Source: Takakia lepidozioides
Taxonomy: Eukaryota > Plantae > Bryophyta
Length of the DNA: 64,000 nt
Assembly: GCA_030704615.1 (NCBI GenBank)
Contig: CM060734.1
Coordinates: forward strand, 55,118,001 to 55,182,000
Direction: 5' to 3'
Both the position numbers and the translations under genes were made by a program. Positions 37,597-51,647 of this stretch are shown here, piece by piece. The notes below the pieces were generated by a model, which saw only the letters and a list, made by a program, of their open reading frames with translations, had not been told where the DNA came from and ran no database searches. The first letter of the stretch is position 1. The number at the start of each line of letters is the position of its first letter.

Positions 37597-40500
37597 TTAT
37601 ACTGGTATCGCTTGGTAGGAACTGGGCTCACGCCTTCTTGCCTTTCTAGCCTTCATCCTTCCCCACTTCACCTCCTTGGTTAATCCATTTCCAGATGCTA
37701 CCTCATCAGGTGGTTCAACGACTAGCTCTGGAGCAACAATCCGCATGCTCAGAGCTTGTAGACACAAGCGCTCTGTGCGATTGGCTGGCAGTTGGGACCC
37801 GAGTTCCTGATTGGCAGATTGTTGCACAAGATTTGACACCAGGAACGGCCGATTGCATCTCAATGCGTGTTGGGTTGCATCATCAAGGAGGTTTCTTAGG
37901 CGGTAGAATGTCTGGACCTCTTGCTCCTTATCAGCCTGCTTGGACACCATGGTGCTGCCATTTTCCTCGTTACCGCACGCATGGCTAAGAGGGTTGTTGG
38001 AGAAGTCAGTGTCTTCCAAGTGTACCCCCTGCACAGGACAATGGCTCCAAAGTGAATCACGGAAAAAACTATCAACTATGAATCTGCAACTATCGAGTCC
38101 AGATTTTAGGGGACATCAACATAGATTACAGCATCCATGGCAGGTCAAAACAGACTCAGTTATGCCAGAAAACATTTGCAGCCTGGTTACATGAACATGT
38201 ATTGAGATGGCTCCATACCTCATTATCTGACAGATAACCATCAGGCACAACAAACCCATCGGCACTCTCCTCATCAACTTCAGCATTAGCCTTGTCAATG
38301 TCATCCTCTTTGTCCTCACAGTCTGACAAGCTCTCTCCTGGATCCTCCTACAACCCCAAAATTCCACCCCCTAGATGAAAAATCCTCTACATTCATCATG
38401 TCTTATATGCTGGCTAACTCCACCCAACATACATGGGTCCCACATGTCTTCCATGATGGTAGTGGCCTCCATTCGGCTCTGCATTTCTTCCCACTTTAAA
38501 TAGAGATTGTTCTCCAAATTGTGCAGTTTGCCACAGTTGAGATAAACAAGGATACATCTCTGGATGACCTGACTAAATTAGACTCTTTTTCTGTGCCTTC
38601 TCACTGTGCATGTCTTGCCGCAATACTTAGTTAACATCAGAAACAACCCCTTGCATCAGTAGCATAACTAACAGACCAAACAAAAATCATCACTGATGCG
38701 AGACCGCATACCTCTTCCCACTCTTCATCGCTATCAACCTCATAATTCAAGGATGGGTCTTTCTTCAGAGGATGACGAGGTCTGATGGTTTCACTGCAGA
38801 CAATCCACACAACTGTCATTGCATTGGTTATATCCATGTACAACCTTAACACTCCTACATCCAAGCATGTACGCATTACAACTGTTGATTATTCTGGAGC
38901 TATCTGCATTCTACATCAGGAACCCATGCATTTCAGAAAACCTGAGCATGACTGTGAAAGATGACTTTTGAGGGCTTGCAGCTAAAGCATGGCAAGTAAC
39001 TCAAACAGATTTTGAAAAAGCCAGTAAGTTGAAGGGAGCTTTGTGGCTAAAAGCATGGCAAGCAACTCGAGCAATTTTTTAAGCAGCCACGAATAGAAAG
39101 AAGGCACCAGGTAGAATATGAAGACAATGGCAGCAGTAGTTTGCAAAACAGTGAATGAAACCCACCCGGTTACAGATTGAGTTTCACTAATCAAAGTCAA
39201 TTTTGCCATGTGGTCTTGAATAGAGCTTGTGGAAGAGAACCAGTAGAAGTTTGAAGCTCAATTTCAAGTTCTAATGACAGACTGCACAAAACCTTAATTC
39301 TATAATGTTTGATGAATATGGAGTCCCGACTACAGCAATCTGTTGTTGATTCTTTGTTCAAAAGAGTTGATCACTTCAACTGTATGGTCACATGCAAACA
39401 TCCCTGCAACTATGATGCATCACAAACTGTTTACGTTATCATGGAAGGAGACAGACATCACCCAAGAGGGACAGCCAGGGGTCCCACCTTTTCTTGGAGA
39501 AAGTGCCATAATAAGCAGGCCGGTATGTCTTGTCAAACTGCAACAATTTCCACGGTTCTGAACAGAGTTTTTTCCTTGGGTCGTCGACAGGATCCCCACT
39601 GAGTATCAAGGAGTGAATCTCCTCCCTTTGTACATCCAGCCTGATATCCTCCTCAAATTCTTCTCTAGACCGCTTAGGGCTTGGTGTTGACATTGCAATT
39701 CTATCATTCTCTCGCTGATTCATCCCAGGAAGGGCCTTTCTACCCATGTCCACACTTGCACCATGTAGACGGAGCGCCCGGTAGACAGTCACTTTTGGTT
39801 TCCGACGACGTCCCCACCTCGGCAGCCTATTGGGAGCGATCTGCTTTCGCTGATCTTTCCAACCAGATAAGTGGCACCTGGAATTCCATGGGGGTATGGA
39901 CGAGACATTTGTCAGCACAGTATAAGGGTTACAAGGGTGATGCTTCTGTCGGATCCCTGCTTCAGTAGGAATATAGGCCTGGTTGTTAAAGTAAACTCAG
40001 ATACCTGACTTTTAAGGAAACTGTAATTTACAAGGATTGCATTTATAAGTGATGAAACAATTTGAGCAGCTTTTGTTCTTGCCATTATCAGTTCCAGTAA
40101 CAAAAAAAAATCGCAGTCCAGTATCCAGACTTATGAGTTTTCTCACAGTACCGAATCACAACGTGAAAAGATAGTGCTGTAGCACACAATGTGCCTTCAA
40201 GCCCTGCAAGCACTTTCTACACGGAAGGTCCCCTCAAAAATATTATTCATTTCCAGCAATCAGCTTGTTGGCAATGTCCTTGTTAAATATGGTTGCAATT
40301 AAACAACAGACTGGTGGTCTTCTGGTAATGTACTAGAATGTTGCATAGTTGCATTGTTTACAGATGAATTAGACCAAAGCTTCAGATGCTGAAGAATAGT
40401 GACAACAAGAACAGGAAGAGCAGAGGGACCTGAACAACTCTTCAGTAGTCCACTTCTCAGTGTCATCCAGCTCCTGATCCATGCGAGCCATAGTTTCCTC

Positions 40501-42100
40501 TGACGCTGGCGTGCAGGGGGCCCATGGGCTGCTCTCTTTCAACAGATGCAGGGGAGACGGGGTGGACCCAACAACCTCTAAATTTTGATGTTGACCCGGG
40601 GTCTCTGGTGCCTTGCGCTGCAGGAATTTGTCCATAATTGTGGCTTGCTTTTGTAGGGCAAGCTGTTGTTTCCTCTCTGCAGCCTCCCTCTCCTTTTTCT
40701 TCTTCCCCTTTCCAGCCTCCTCTTGTTGCCTCTTCAGCTCTTTTTCCTTTTTCTTCAGCTCTTCTTGCTGTCGTTTCTGCTCCTGTTTCTGCTCCTTTTC
40801 CTGTTGCCAGTCATGACAACAACAAGCTTACAATGCCGTTTCTCAAAGAGTTAGTATTTGGTACTAACCTATCTGGTTGGAGAGACATAAAAACACAAAT
40901 ATTTGAGAATTACGGGTCAAGTGGATATGTATCTCGCTTAGACATCTCACTCACTATGTCAACTAAAAGTGTCCCCTCCATGTGCCAACTACATCTCCCT
41001 GGGATGTCACTATGTAAGTCTCCATTCTGCAGGTAAGATTACTAGTTGCCGGAGTTTGCAAGAGAGAAGGGAGAAAATGAAGAAGTTTAAACCGTCAAAG
41101 CAGAAGTTGAAGAGATTGGCTATCTGACATTTGCAACCACAGATTCCCTCCCTCCTTTCTGTCCGTCTTTATCCCTTATATCATTCTTCTTCCGCAAGAC
41201 AAGGAGACTGACCTGTCGAGCGGCCTCTTTCTGCTCACGGCACCGCCGCTTGATAGCCTCCCTTTCCGCCTTCTCCTTCTCTTTTGCTGCCCTCTGCTCC
41301 TCTTTTTCCTGCACCTCAAATCTCAGCAGTCAGTTCCTGCATTGTCCTCGGCTAACAGTAAGCTTCTTGGAAGTAGTCTCACACTATGTCCCTACCATGT
41401 CACGGTCCCTCCACATTCGTTCGCACTGTTAACGACGACTCTCACTGTGCTTCCCTATCCCCTGAGACTGAAAAACTGTCTACGTGTCTCCATCAGTATG
41501 AGACAAGCGAAAGTACCTGCCGGATTCTTTCTTTCCCAGTCTCGCGGTCGGTAGATGGCAGAGCTGCGTAAGTTCTTTTAGTTTTCACCATTTTCGCAGG
41601 AGTGACAAATTGCTCCTTCACCCCCTCCATTTCTTTCAGTGCTATAGAGTAAAATGCCGAACAATGAGTGGACTGTCAGAAAACAGATGGTGTCGCATAG
41701 TCAACTTCAGGACGACGATGCAAAGCATTCCCTGTGTATGTGCACATATCTTCGATTCCTATGTACGCTTCTCTACTACTCGGATAATTCTGTATACTTA
41801 AGAACAGGAGTGTCCTCTCTCTGTTACCCAAAGTGTGGAGGTTAGAGTGGAGGTTAGAGTGTAGGTTTGATGCCGCCAAGTCAAACAAACCCTGAAGGTC
41901 TGTTCCAGTGATCCGCTCTGTCCACAGTTCATACTCCTCGCATCCATCGTCCTCCTCCTCTATCTCGTGCTTCCCAGAGAATACGGATACAGAGATAAGC
42001 GCAGATGAGTGGGCCTCAAGAACTTGCAACGTCGGGCCTCTATTTCCCCCCCTTCGCCGATTTCGAGTTCGTGTCAGTGTGCTACGAAATCGGAGAAAAT
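37597..42100 (-). CDS. FAS1: Chromatin assembly factor 1 large subunit (CAF-1 p150), multi-exon; 5' and 3' ends not resolved
   Basis: KER coiled-coil exons (41314-41213, ~40808-40430) ending LQKQATIMDKFLQRK. WGRRRKPK and KLLQFDKTYRPAYYGTFSKK (~39877-39489). PLKKDPSLNYEVDSDEEWEE (~38796-38713). EDPGESLSDCE..DGFVVPDGYLSDNE (~38349-38219). HALRCNRP..ERLCLQAL (38029-37600). Confidence 0.9.
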
Positions 42101-42604
42101 ATTGCTAAATGTTACTCCCTCCAACAGTTCTCTTATTCTGCCTCCCGCTCCTTATATTTCTCTGTTCCAGTACGAGCATCCGGAGAATAAGACAACATGA
42201 ACAGGCTCAATACCTTCAACTTTAAAAGCCTCTGTTTCCCTCTATAAAGTATTTATACTCTTACGATCCTACTGCAGCGAAGTGCATAACTCCTTGCTAA
42301 TGTATCCCTCCCCTTGCTATACCTCTCTGATTCTTTGCTATTGCGCTGTAAACCCTGCGTTGGCGGTGCGGTGGAGGACGGAGCGAGGGAGGGAGACGAT
42401 GCGCGGGATCCTTTCCCTCCCTGATACAAAATGAGCTGCATGGATGAATGAACATCGGCAGTTTGATGAACAGAGTCTTTGAAACATATTAAGGGATATA
42501 TGTATGGATAAATGTATATGGAATATATGTATGGACAGATGTCTGTAAAACCATCCATCATTGTTGGTGAATGAAGACCATGCCGTGTACCTTTATCAAT
42601 AAAG

Positions 42605-43346
42605 TTTTCAGGGCCACTGTCCCCTGTTCTCTATTTTCTTTAAAAGAAAAAAAAACTGTGTTGTTATTTTTATTTTATGTTTTTGAAGGAAAGGAACTAG
42701 GCATACAACGCCCTGACGCACATTTATACTGCAGTAGCCAGGATTTGAGCCCACAACAGTGAAGCTTAAGTTAGCCTTCTTTCTTTTTTTTCTTCTTCTT
42801 TTTCTTCTTTTTCTATTTTCTGGAAAAGGGTTATTTCCAGTGTTGGTCTGGTATGTACAAAAACTCGGGTATCAACTCAACTCAATTACCTATGCACCCG
42901 GGTATCGACAAGACTGTTCCAAGAAGGAATCAAATTTTATCCAGAACCTACCTGGACGTTAGGGTTAGGGTTCGGGGGAGGGGATACCCTGGCCACCTTG
43001 TGTCCTCTCCGGCATTGTTGTTGTTGTTACCAGTTTGAGCCCTTATAAAACCCTTGCTGGTATCACCACTCTCACATGAGTATGGAGGTTGATAGTACAT
43101 GTCTCCTATTTTGTACGTCTCTCCTATTGGACATGTATCCTTTTTTGGACCATATCAAAGACACATTCTTCATTGCTTTCAAGTCTGGATTTGCCGCACT
43201 TTGTTGTATCTTATGTTAATTTGCTTGCTATGTTGTGTGTATGTTGCTAGAATCTTGCTCTTGTGGTACTCTACCGGGAGTTGATATTAGCTGGTATGAG
43301 GGTTTTTAAGAAAAAAAATAGAAATAGGGGACAGTGGCCCTGAAAA
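42605..43346. mobile_element. MITE-like element with inverted termini, upstream of FAS1
   Basis: TTTTCAGGGCCACTGTCCCCT at 42605 and AGGGGACAGTGGCCCTGAAAA ending at 43346 form a perfect 21-bp inverted match. No clear TSD. Confidence 0.65.
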
Positions 43347-44297
43347 TATATTAAAGGGGACGGGAAAAAATAACCCGTGTAAAAACAAGCCATAAAGTGT
43401 ATTAACCCTTAACTCCCTAGGTTCAAAAAAATTCACACCTTGTTTTTAGTACCCCTGCCCAGTAATTTCACCTTATCAACCCACCAGCATTCATCCATGA
43501 GAATGAACCTTACATATAGATGTATACCTAACACCCGCATCTCCATACCAAATGTGGGAAGAATCCATCGCAGACTCTAGAAGATTATAATGATTTTGGT
43601 GGGACAAAATCATTTACACAAAAAACTGGAATCCTAGTTTTTTGCTTTGATCATGCAATGGAGCAAACATTCTGATTTTTTCTGTGTGTCAAACCTTAGT
43701 ATTCTTATTATTTGATAGGTAATCCATAAAAACCAGTGACGCAACGGCGTGAGCCTTGTGCGTGAATGTACGCTCACGCAGGAGTGACGTGGCGTGAGCG
43801 TGCACCTACGCTGATGTGGCATGAGCGTGATGTCATCAGGCTGACATGGCGACAAATGCTGACGTGGCACTGCGTCATCATCTGCCACGTCAGCATGAAC
43901 ATGCGGCGCCTATAACCAAGGATGGTCCTATGACCTTGGGATTAATGCAGGGAATCGTTGGCTAAATACAATTAAAACTACCATGAAGCCTACAACTGTA
44001 GCATCCAACATTGTGCAATTACAATTGTTTGTTTTACTATTACAATTACAATGACGACAAAATATCCTCACACCATGTGTGTCATAAAGGCTGCCACGGG
44101 AAGACCCTGCTCCCTCCCCAAATAACAATGAGAGTTGGGATCATCTTCAAAAGATGATTGTAGTGCATAGCGACAAGAGAACATGTAGACTTCGAAAGGT
44201 GCAATGTTGCATGTGCTTTTAAAAGTTGTCACTTAGAGCTCATTGAGTATAGTTGGAAACATAATGGAGGGATAAGGGATGTCATATCATTGCACCG

Positions 44298-47200
44298 TGT
44301 CGTGCACCTCACTTCGGTAAGCTCCCCTTCAAGTCATAGTTACTCGCTTTGATGCGCGCGCCTGACTCCCAACCTGGCCGCCGTGCCAACTTGGAGCTTC
44401 GGTTGCTCACCGAGACATAACGGTCCCCCTTCGCTCTCCCACTAAACCCTCCACCTATTTGGGCCTAGTGGAATTCCCTTTGGTAGATGGCAGTCCGGAA
44501 CAGCTCCCCACTCTTTGGTCGCTTTCCGGCTCGCTCGCTTACTCACTAGTTTTTGGTCACCAATGGGCTTGCACCGTTATCGGGGTCACTACTCCCCTTA
44601 TATATACTTCTGTAGCTGTCCGTGGGGGTTTCACAACCAGCCATGCCATTTCATGGCGAACCACCACGAAAACCCTCGACTCCCGGTGATGAGTTGCGGT
44701 GAGTCTTGGCCCACTCATCACGGCCCCTATGGACCGTGATGAGTCCCAAGACTCCCCACGACTCCCACCACGAGGTCTCCGCCCCCATGGTGAGTCCTAT
44801 GCCACCCCCACTAAGTCCTGCTAAGCTACCACCACCCCTTGTGGAGCCACCCCCACCGCAACCCGGTGTGCGGGGCTCCACCTAGTGAGTGCCTCCGCCT
44901 CCTTGAGTGCCTTGGGCACTCAAGGGTGCTTCAGCCCCCCATACATATCGCTGCCGCTGCCCCCACCACAGGGGCAGCCCCTCATGTGTCCCGACCCCCT
45001 GCCCTCAAGGCAAAGGGCCGCGACACACACCCCTACCAACAGGGAGTCGATGTCCTCATCGACTTATCCATTTTGTAGAAACGAACATCCAAGTTGTGGC
45101 GTCCTACATCAAGGAGTTTGTTTCCGTACCATGGCGTCCCATGGCAAAGAACCAAATCCCACACTTGACTCTATTCTCCACTAGCTAGTTCAGCCGACTT
45201 CCTCCAAGTCCCGGCCAAGGGTGGAACCTCTCAAGCTCCTCCCAGTGCACTCTTCTTGGCCTACTTCAAGGCCAAGGAACGATCCTCCCCGAGGATCGAA
45301 TCGCCTTACTGCAACAACATTGCTTGCGATCGCTCATGATGCCGCTTTTGGCACCACCTTGAGTAAGGGTTCAGTTCGAACCCTCTTTGACTAGGAAGAT
45401 AACCTTGAACCAACCGTGCGCCCCAATCACTACAATTGGGTCCGTCTTGGAATGTTGGCCTGAGGTACGGGAACACGCCGAAGCCGCACTACGACTTCGT
45501 CCTGAGGCTACACGAATATAGTACGTGAACGGAAGCACGTAGCTTCCGCATTAGCCCGCACTACAAAGCAACCGCCTCAGTAGCGCAGTTATAGTATGCG
45601 CACGCGCCAGGTCCGCACTAGCACGTGAACTCCCAAAGAAGGTGCAAGTTTCTTTGCCCCTTGGATGGGAGTCACCCGATTTCGGCACTGCGCAAACACA
45701 CGATTAACCCAATTTACCTCTCCCACTTTTGTAAGCTAGCATGCATTCTACACACTAGCCAACCACACCATGCATCCCCATTCCAAACAAAATAGGACGC
45801 ACAAAATTTGGAACCCATTTCCTTTATAACAAATTTTTGTACAATACAAGTTTTTGCAATCGGATTCCTAAGCTAGCTAAGCCGGGCTAAGCATGCATTT
45901 CCTCCCCCACGCTCCAAGGTTGATGTCCTCATCAACGCTTCTTCCGCTTTTGAGGTCGCCCTTCGAAAGTTACAACCGCCTCGGATGCGTTTCCCATTTC
46001 TGAGGCACGCACCCAAGATGCATCCACATGATGATAGCCCTTCCATTTGACGAGATACTCCGTTTCTCGGTTCTTGAACCTCCTCGACTTAAGAACTGCC
46101 TCCACCTCGTACTTAGGTTCATTTTCATGATCCAATAGCACAGGTGGCGGACGCAACACTTGATGCCGATTCGGACGCGCTTCATATTTGAAGTAAGGCT
46201 TCAAAAGGGAGACATGGAATACTGGGTGCACCTTGTTGTTTGCCGGCAGCTCCAATTCATACACATCCTCATTCATAACCTTCCGAATGCGAAAAGGTCC
46301 CGTATACGGAGGTACGAACTTCGGACTCACTTCCGGAGGTAGTCGGAAATTCTTGATGTTCAACTAGACCTCCGTGCCTGCCTCAAACTTCACTTCCCTC
46401 CGCTTCCGATTCGCCTACCTTTCATACCTTTTCCTAGCTTTGGCAATGTTGTATTTTGCGAGCTTCAATAAACGCTCACGTTCTTCCAGTACTGCCGCTA
46501 CTGCCGGTTCCTCAACGTCTTGGGCGGCCCAACTTGTCGGCACCAGAGGTGCTTTTCCATAGACCAATACGAAAGGGGAAACTCCCATTGCGGAGTGTTC
46601 TGTGTTATTATAACAGAACTCTGCCGCGTCTAAGTGTTCCACCCAGTCTGTTTGGTCTGCCGACACGTAATTCCGCAAGATCTGCTTCACTACGGAATTC
46701 ACTCTTTCTGTTTGGCCGTCGGTCGTAGGTCGGAAGGCAGTGCTCATCTTCAGCCTCGTCCCCATCTTCTTCCAAAGTGCCCTCCAAAATTTACTTGTAA
46801 ACTTTGGATCGCGGTCCGAGATAATATCCTTCGGGACTCCATGATGCTTGAAAACGTGGGTGAAGTAAAGTCGCCCTGTCTCCTGCGCCGTTGCCGTCTC
46901 CTTGGTGGGGATGAAATGGCCCATTTTACTGAACCTATCCACCACCACCATGATTGCATCGAATCCTTTTGACAGCGGCATAGCAGTCATGAAATCCATC
47001 GAGACGTTTTCCCAAGTCCCCTTTGGAATCGGCAAAGGTTGTAACAGCCCCGCTTGCTTTTTGTACTCGCTCCGGTTTTGTTGGCATGTGGTGCATGTCT
47101 TGACATACTCCTCTGCCTCCTCCCTCAGTTTGGGCCAGAAATACTCTTTCTTCAAGAGTGATGCGGTGCGCTTGGCTCCGTCGTGGCCGCAAGCGGGCTA

Positions 47201-50200
47201 TCATGGAATTCTCTCAAGAGGCTATCTCTGATCCCTCTCTTCGGCACGTAGAGACGCTTTTGCTTATACCGGAGCAGTCCATTTTGCAAGTGGAACTGCA
47301 ATTTAACCCCCATCCTCAAGTCCTGCATCACGGACTTCGCCAGCTCGTCCTTTCGGCAACCTTCCGGATCTTCCTTTGGAGCGCCGTCTCGCCCTTGTAC
47401 ACCAACAAGAGCTGTTGCTTTCTACTTAAAGCATCGACCACCACGTTGTCTCGTCCCGGTTTGTACTGGATATCCACGTCGAACACCGCCAAAGTATCTT
47501 GCCACCTAAGTTGTTTTGGGGACAACTTGGGCTGCGTGGCAAAATACTTCACCGTGACATTGTCCGTGAACTCCTTCACTGGGTTGGAACCAACATAGTG
47601 GCGCCAAAGCTCAAGACAGTGCACCACCGCCTTCATCTCTTTCTCATGCGTCGGCCACCGTCGCTCCACTTCATTCAGTTTCTTACTTTCGTAAGCCACT
47701 GGACGTCCATCTTGCATCAGTACACCCCCAATCGCGAAGTCCGACGCATCTGTATGTATCTCGAACGGACGATCGAACTCCGAGATTTTCAAGACTGGAG
47801 CTTCCGCCATCCGCTGCTTCAATTCAGCAAAAGCTTGGCCACAAAAGGTGTTCCATGCCCAGACTTTAGATTTACACAGAAGGTCTGACAGCGGCCCCGC
47901 AATTTTGGCAAAATTTCTCACATACTTCCGGTAATAGGAGGCAAGTCCTAGGAAGGATCGCACTCCCGAGACCGAAGTCGGAGGCTCCCAGTCCAAGATC
48001 GCCCTCACCTTTCTGTCATCCATTTTGATCCCATCCTGTGTAATCACATGCCCCAGGAACTCCACTTTTGTGACCCCGAATTCGCACTTTGAAGCTTTGG
48101 CATACAGCTTCCCTTCTCGCAATTTCTGGAACACCCTTTTGAGGTGCTCCAAGTGCTCCTCCTTTGTTTTCGAATACACCAAGATGTCGTCGATGTACAC
48201 GATCACAAAGTCATCCAACCACTCCTGGAAAAGGCTGTTCATCAGCGTGCTAAATGTCGCTGGTGCATTGATGAGCCCAAAAGGCATCATCAAGAACTCA
48301 TATGAACCATACATTGTCCTGCACGCGGTCTTCTCCTCATCTCCTTCCGCCACTCGAATTTGATGATAGCCGGCGCGCAGATCGATCCGGCTGAAATACT
48401 TCGCTCCTGCCAACCGATCGAAAAGGTCGTCGATCCTTGGAAAGGGTACCGGTTTTTGATAGTCACCTTATTCAGAGCCCTGTAATCGACACACATCCGC
48501 AGCGTCCCATCCTTTTTATCTGCAAATAGCACCGGGGCTCCGTAAGGTGACTTACTCGGCCGGATGTACCCCTTTGACATTAGATCTTTGAGCTGAGTCT
48601 TCAGCTCGACCAACTCTCTGTGGCTCAACCGGTAGGGCGCCTTGGCAGGCGGTTCCGATCCCGGTATCACCTCAATCTTGTGGTCAACTCCTCTTCGCGG
48701 TGGCAAGCCGCTTGGCAAATCCTCCGGCATCACATCATGGTATTTCTCCAAAATCCCCTTGATCCAATCTGGGCTCGACTCTCCATCGCCTTCTCCCTTC
48801 ACTTCTCTAATGTAGAGCAAAAACTGGGGCTTGCCTCCTCCACGGCCCACTCCCTTACTGATAGAAGGTTTATTCGCCCTCCCACGGGTTTGGGCATTTC
48901 CGAAACTCGTAAGACCTCGCCACCATTCCAACATGGCAGCGTGACTACCCTCTTGCGGCCATCTATGACCGCTCCGGATTTGCTCAAAAATGTCATCCCC
49001 AAAATAAGATCCACTCCATCGATCTCGCAGACGGTGAAGTTCTCACGTCCCTCCCAACTCCCTAGCTGAAGAGGAACATCGAACGCCAACCTCGTCGCCA
49101 ATTGCGGTTCTCCTTTGGCAGAATGCACCTCAATAGAGGCCCCTACGTCAGTTGTCGGGAGTCCCAGCTTTTGTGCCGTTGCCGGTGTCATGAAGGAGTG
49201 CGACGCTCCTGTGTCCACCAACAATGACACGTTAGTTCCGGATATTATCCCATCCACGAACAATAAGTGACTCCCTTTACGCAATGCGCCAGTTTCTTGA
49301 TACAACTCACAAGAATATTTGCCTACCTTGCAAGTCCTGGCGACCACCGCTTCCACCAAGCGACTGATGGTATCTTCCGACAGCTCTGTGGTCGCCCGAG
49401 TCATGTTCAATTGTCGGGGCTTCATGCACTTCTTGGCCATGTGCCCGGGCTCCCCACAATTGAAACACACTCCATCAAAGGTTGCCTTCTGTCCGCCATA
49501 GGCCGCTCCACCCGCTTTTCCTTTCGAAGCACCGGGTGCCGCCTTGACTTGTGATGGCCCTCCCTTCGATTTCCACATGCTGTTGTCGCCGCGTGGCCTA
49601 TCCCACTTCTTTTCCGGTCGGAAGGAGTCACCTTCCCGCCGGGTCTTCTTGTGGTTCAGCTCCGTACGGCCTTGTCTTTCACCCCTAGGGACATCTGAGA
49701 AACATTCAGCCCTCTCAATTGCCTCGTTCAAAGTCTTAGGTGGCTTCTCCTCCAACTTCCGCCTCGCCCATGGGGCCAATCCTACCACAAAGTTGAAGAC
49801 CATTTCTGGTTCCGCCATATCCGTGACTTCGAGCAACAGCACATTGAAAGCCTGGACATATCCCCGAATGTCATCTGTTTGCTTCAAATTCCTCATCTTG
49901 TCCCGGGCAAGCCAGGACGCATTGAGGGGCACAAACTATCTCTTCATCAATTCCTTGAACCCACTCCAGTTCAAGGTTTCCGGACTTGGACCTCGGTCGT
50001 GAAGGCGTTTCTGCCACCATTGTTGAGCATAGCCCCTCAAATATGTGGGAGCCACTTCCACCCGATCCTCGTCACTCAACTTGGCCGCCCGGAAGTACTG
50101 CTCTAGCCCCAAGAGCCAGGTGTTGAGTGCCTTCCGATTTCGGACGCCCTCAAAGGTGCCGGGTTCCTTAGGCTTCACCTTAAACTTTGCCTTAGTGGAA

Positions 50201-51270
50201 GTGGCATTAGCCGCCCTCAACACGTCTTTCAGCGTCCCGCCAAACTGCGCCAACAACCCTTCCCAAAAGGCTGCCGGCATGGGAGACATCTGTTGGTCGG
50301 TCGGAGCTCTCACGGATTCCTCGGGCTCTGACTTCTCGGATTCCTCCCGCTCTTGAGCGGCCTCGTTTTCGGAAACGTGCATCGCTCCCTCAAACGGCCG
50401 CCTCGGTGACACGTCGCCCCCATCGGGCTCACCAGGATCATCATCTTTTGGGCCGTTCCGCTTTCGCTTTGGCTTGCCCAACCCCATGATGAGGCCAATC
50501 CCAAGGACAATCGCGTACTGAACTCTAAGCTCTGATACCAAGTGTCACGCACCTCACTTCGGTAAGCTCCCCCTTCAAGTCATAGTTACTCGCTTTGATG
50601 CGCGCGCCTGACTCCCAACCTGGCCGCCGGGCCAACTTAGAGCTTCGGCTGCTCACCAGGACATAACAGTCCCCCTTCGCTCTCCCACTAAACCCTCCAC
50701 CTATTTGGGCCTAGTGGAATTCCCTTTGGTAGATGGCAGTCCGGAACAGCTCCCCACTCTTTGGTCGCTTTCTGGCTCGCTCGCTTACTTACTAGTTTTT
50801 GGTCACCAACGGGCTTGCACCGTTCTCGGGGTCACTACTCCCCTTATATATACTTCTGTAGCTGTCCGCGGGGGTTTCACAACCAGCCATGCCATTTTAT
50901 GGCGAACCACCACGAAAACCCTCAACTCCCGGTGATGAGTCGCGGTGAGTCTTGGCCCACTCACCACGGCCCCTATGGACCGTGATGAGTCCCAAGACTC
51001 CCCACGACTCCCACCACGAGGTCTCCGCCCCCATGGTGAGTCCTATGCCACCCCCACTAAGTCCCGCTAAGCTACCACCACCCCTTGTGGAGCCACCCCC
51101 ACCGCAACCCGGTGTGCGGGGCTCCACCTAGTGAGCGCCTCCGCCTCCTTGAGTGCCTTGGGCACTCAAGGGTGCTTCAGCCCCCCATACCTGTCGCTGC
51201 CGCTGCCCCCACCACAGGGGCAGCCCCTCATGTGTCCCGACCCCTGCCCCCAAGGCAAAGGGCCGCGACA
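44298..51270 (-). mobile_element. Full-length Ty3/gypsy chromovirus with 728-bp LTRs and CACCG TSD
   Basis: LTRs 44298-45025 and 50543-51270, about 97% identical by eye. TSD CACCG at 44293-44297 and 51271-51275. tRNA-iMet PBS 50540-50529. Gag with CFNCGEPGHMAKKC knuckle, then PR, RT, RH, INT and chromodomain to 45932. Several stops and frameshifts. Confidence 0.97.
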
Positions 51271-51647
51271 CACCGCCGACGATGTTGCAAATGAATTGAA
51301 TTGAATTTCAATGACAATGTTGCAAATTGCACATTTCATAGCATGGTCGTCCACATACCAGACTGCATAATCACAGTCCATAAAAACCGCATTTCATATT
51401 GCAGATTCCAGATTGCACATTCACCACATTCTAGATACACGAAGTGATAGTTGATGTTACATATGTGTTGTATCCCGCTACAATAGAGTATCGACCTCAT
51501 TGAAACTCAGAGTGGCCTGGTGAACGAAGTTGTCTCGCTTGGGATCGTAAACCATCCGCGGAACTAGAAGCAAATGCATGCAGAGGGGGTTGTCTTGCAA
51601 AGGAAAAGTCTGCCTCCTCCAGCATTGCAATCTCTTGACTTATGAGA

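Noticed and set aside
42958-42976. Telomere-like GTTAGGGTTAGGGTTCGGG
   Set aside because: Only two perfect units, inside a MITE-like element.
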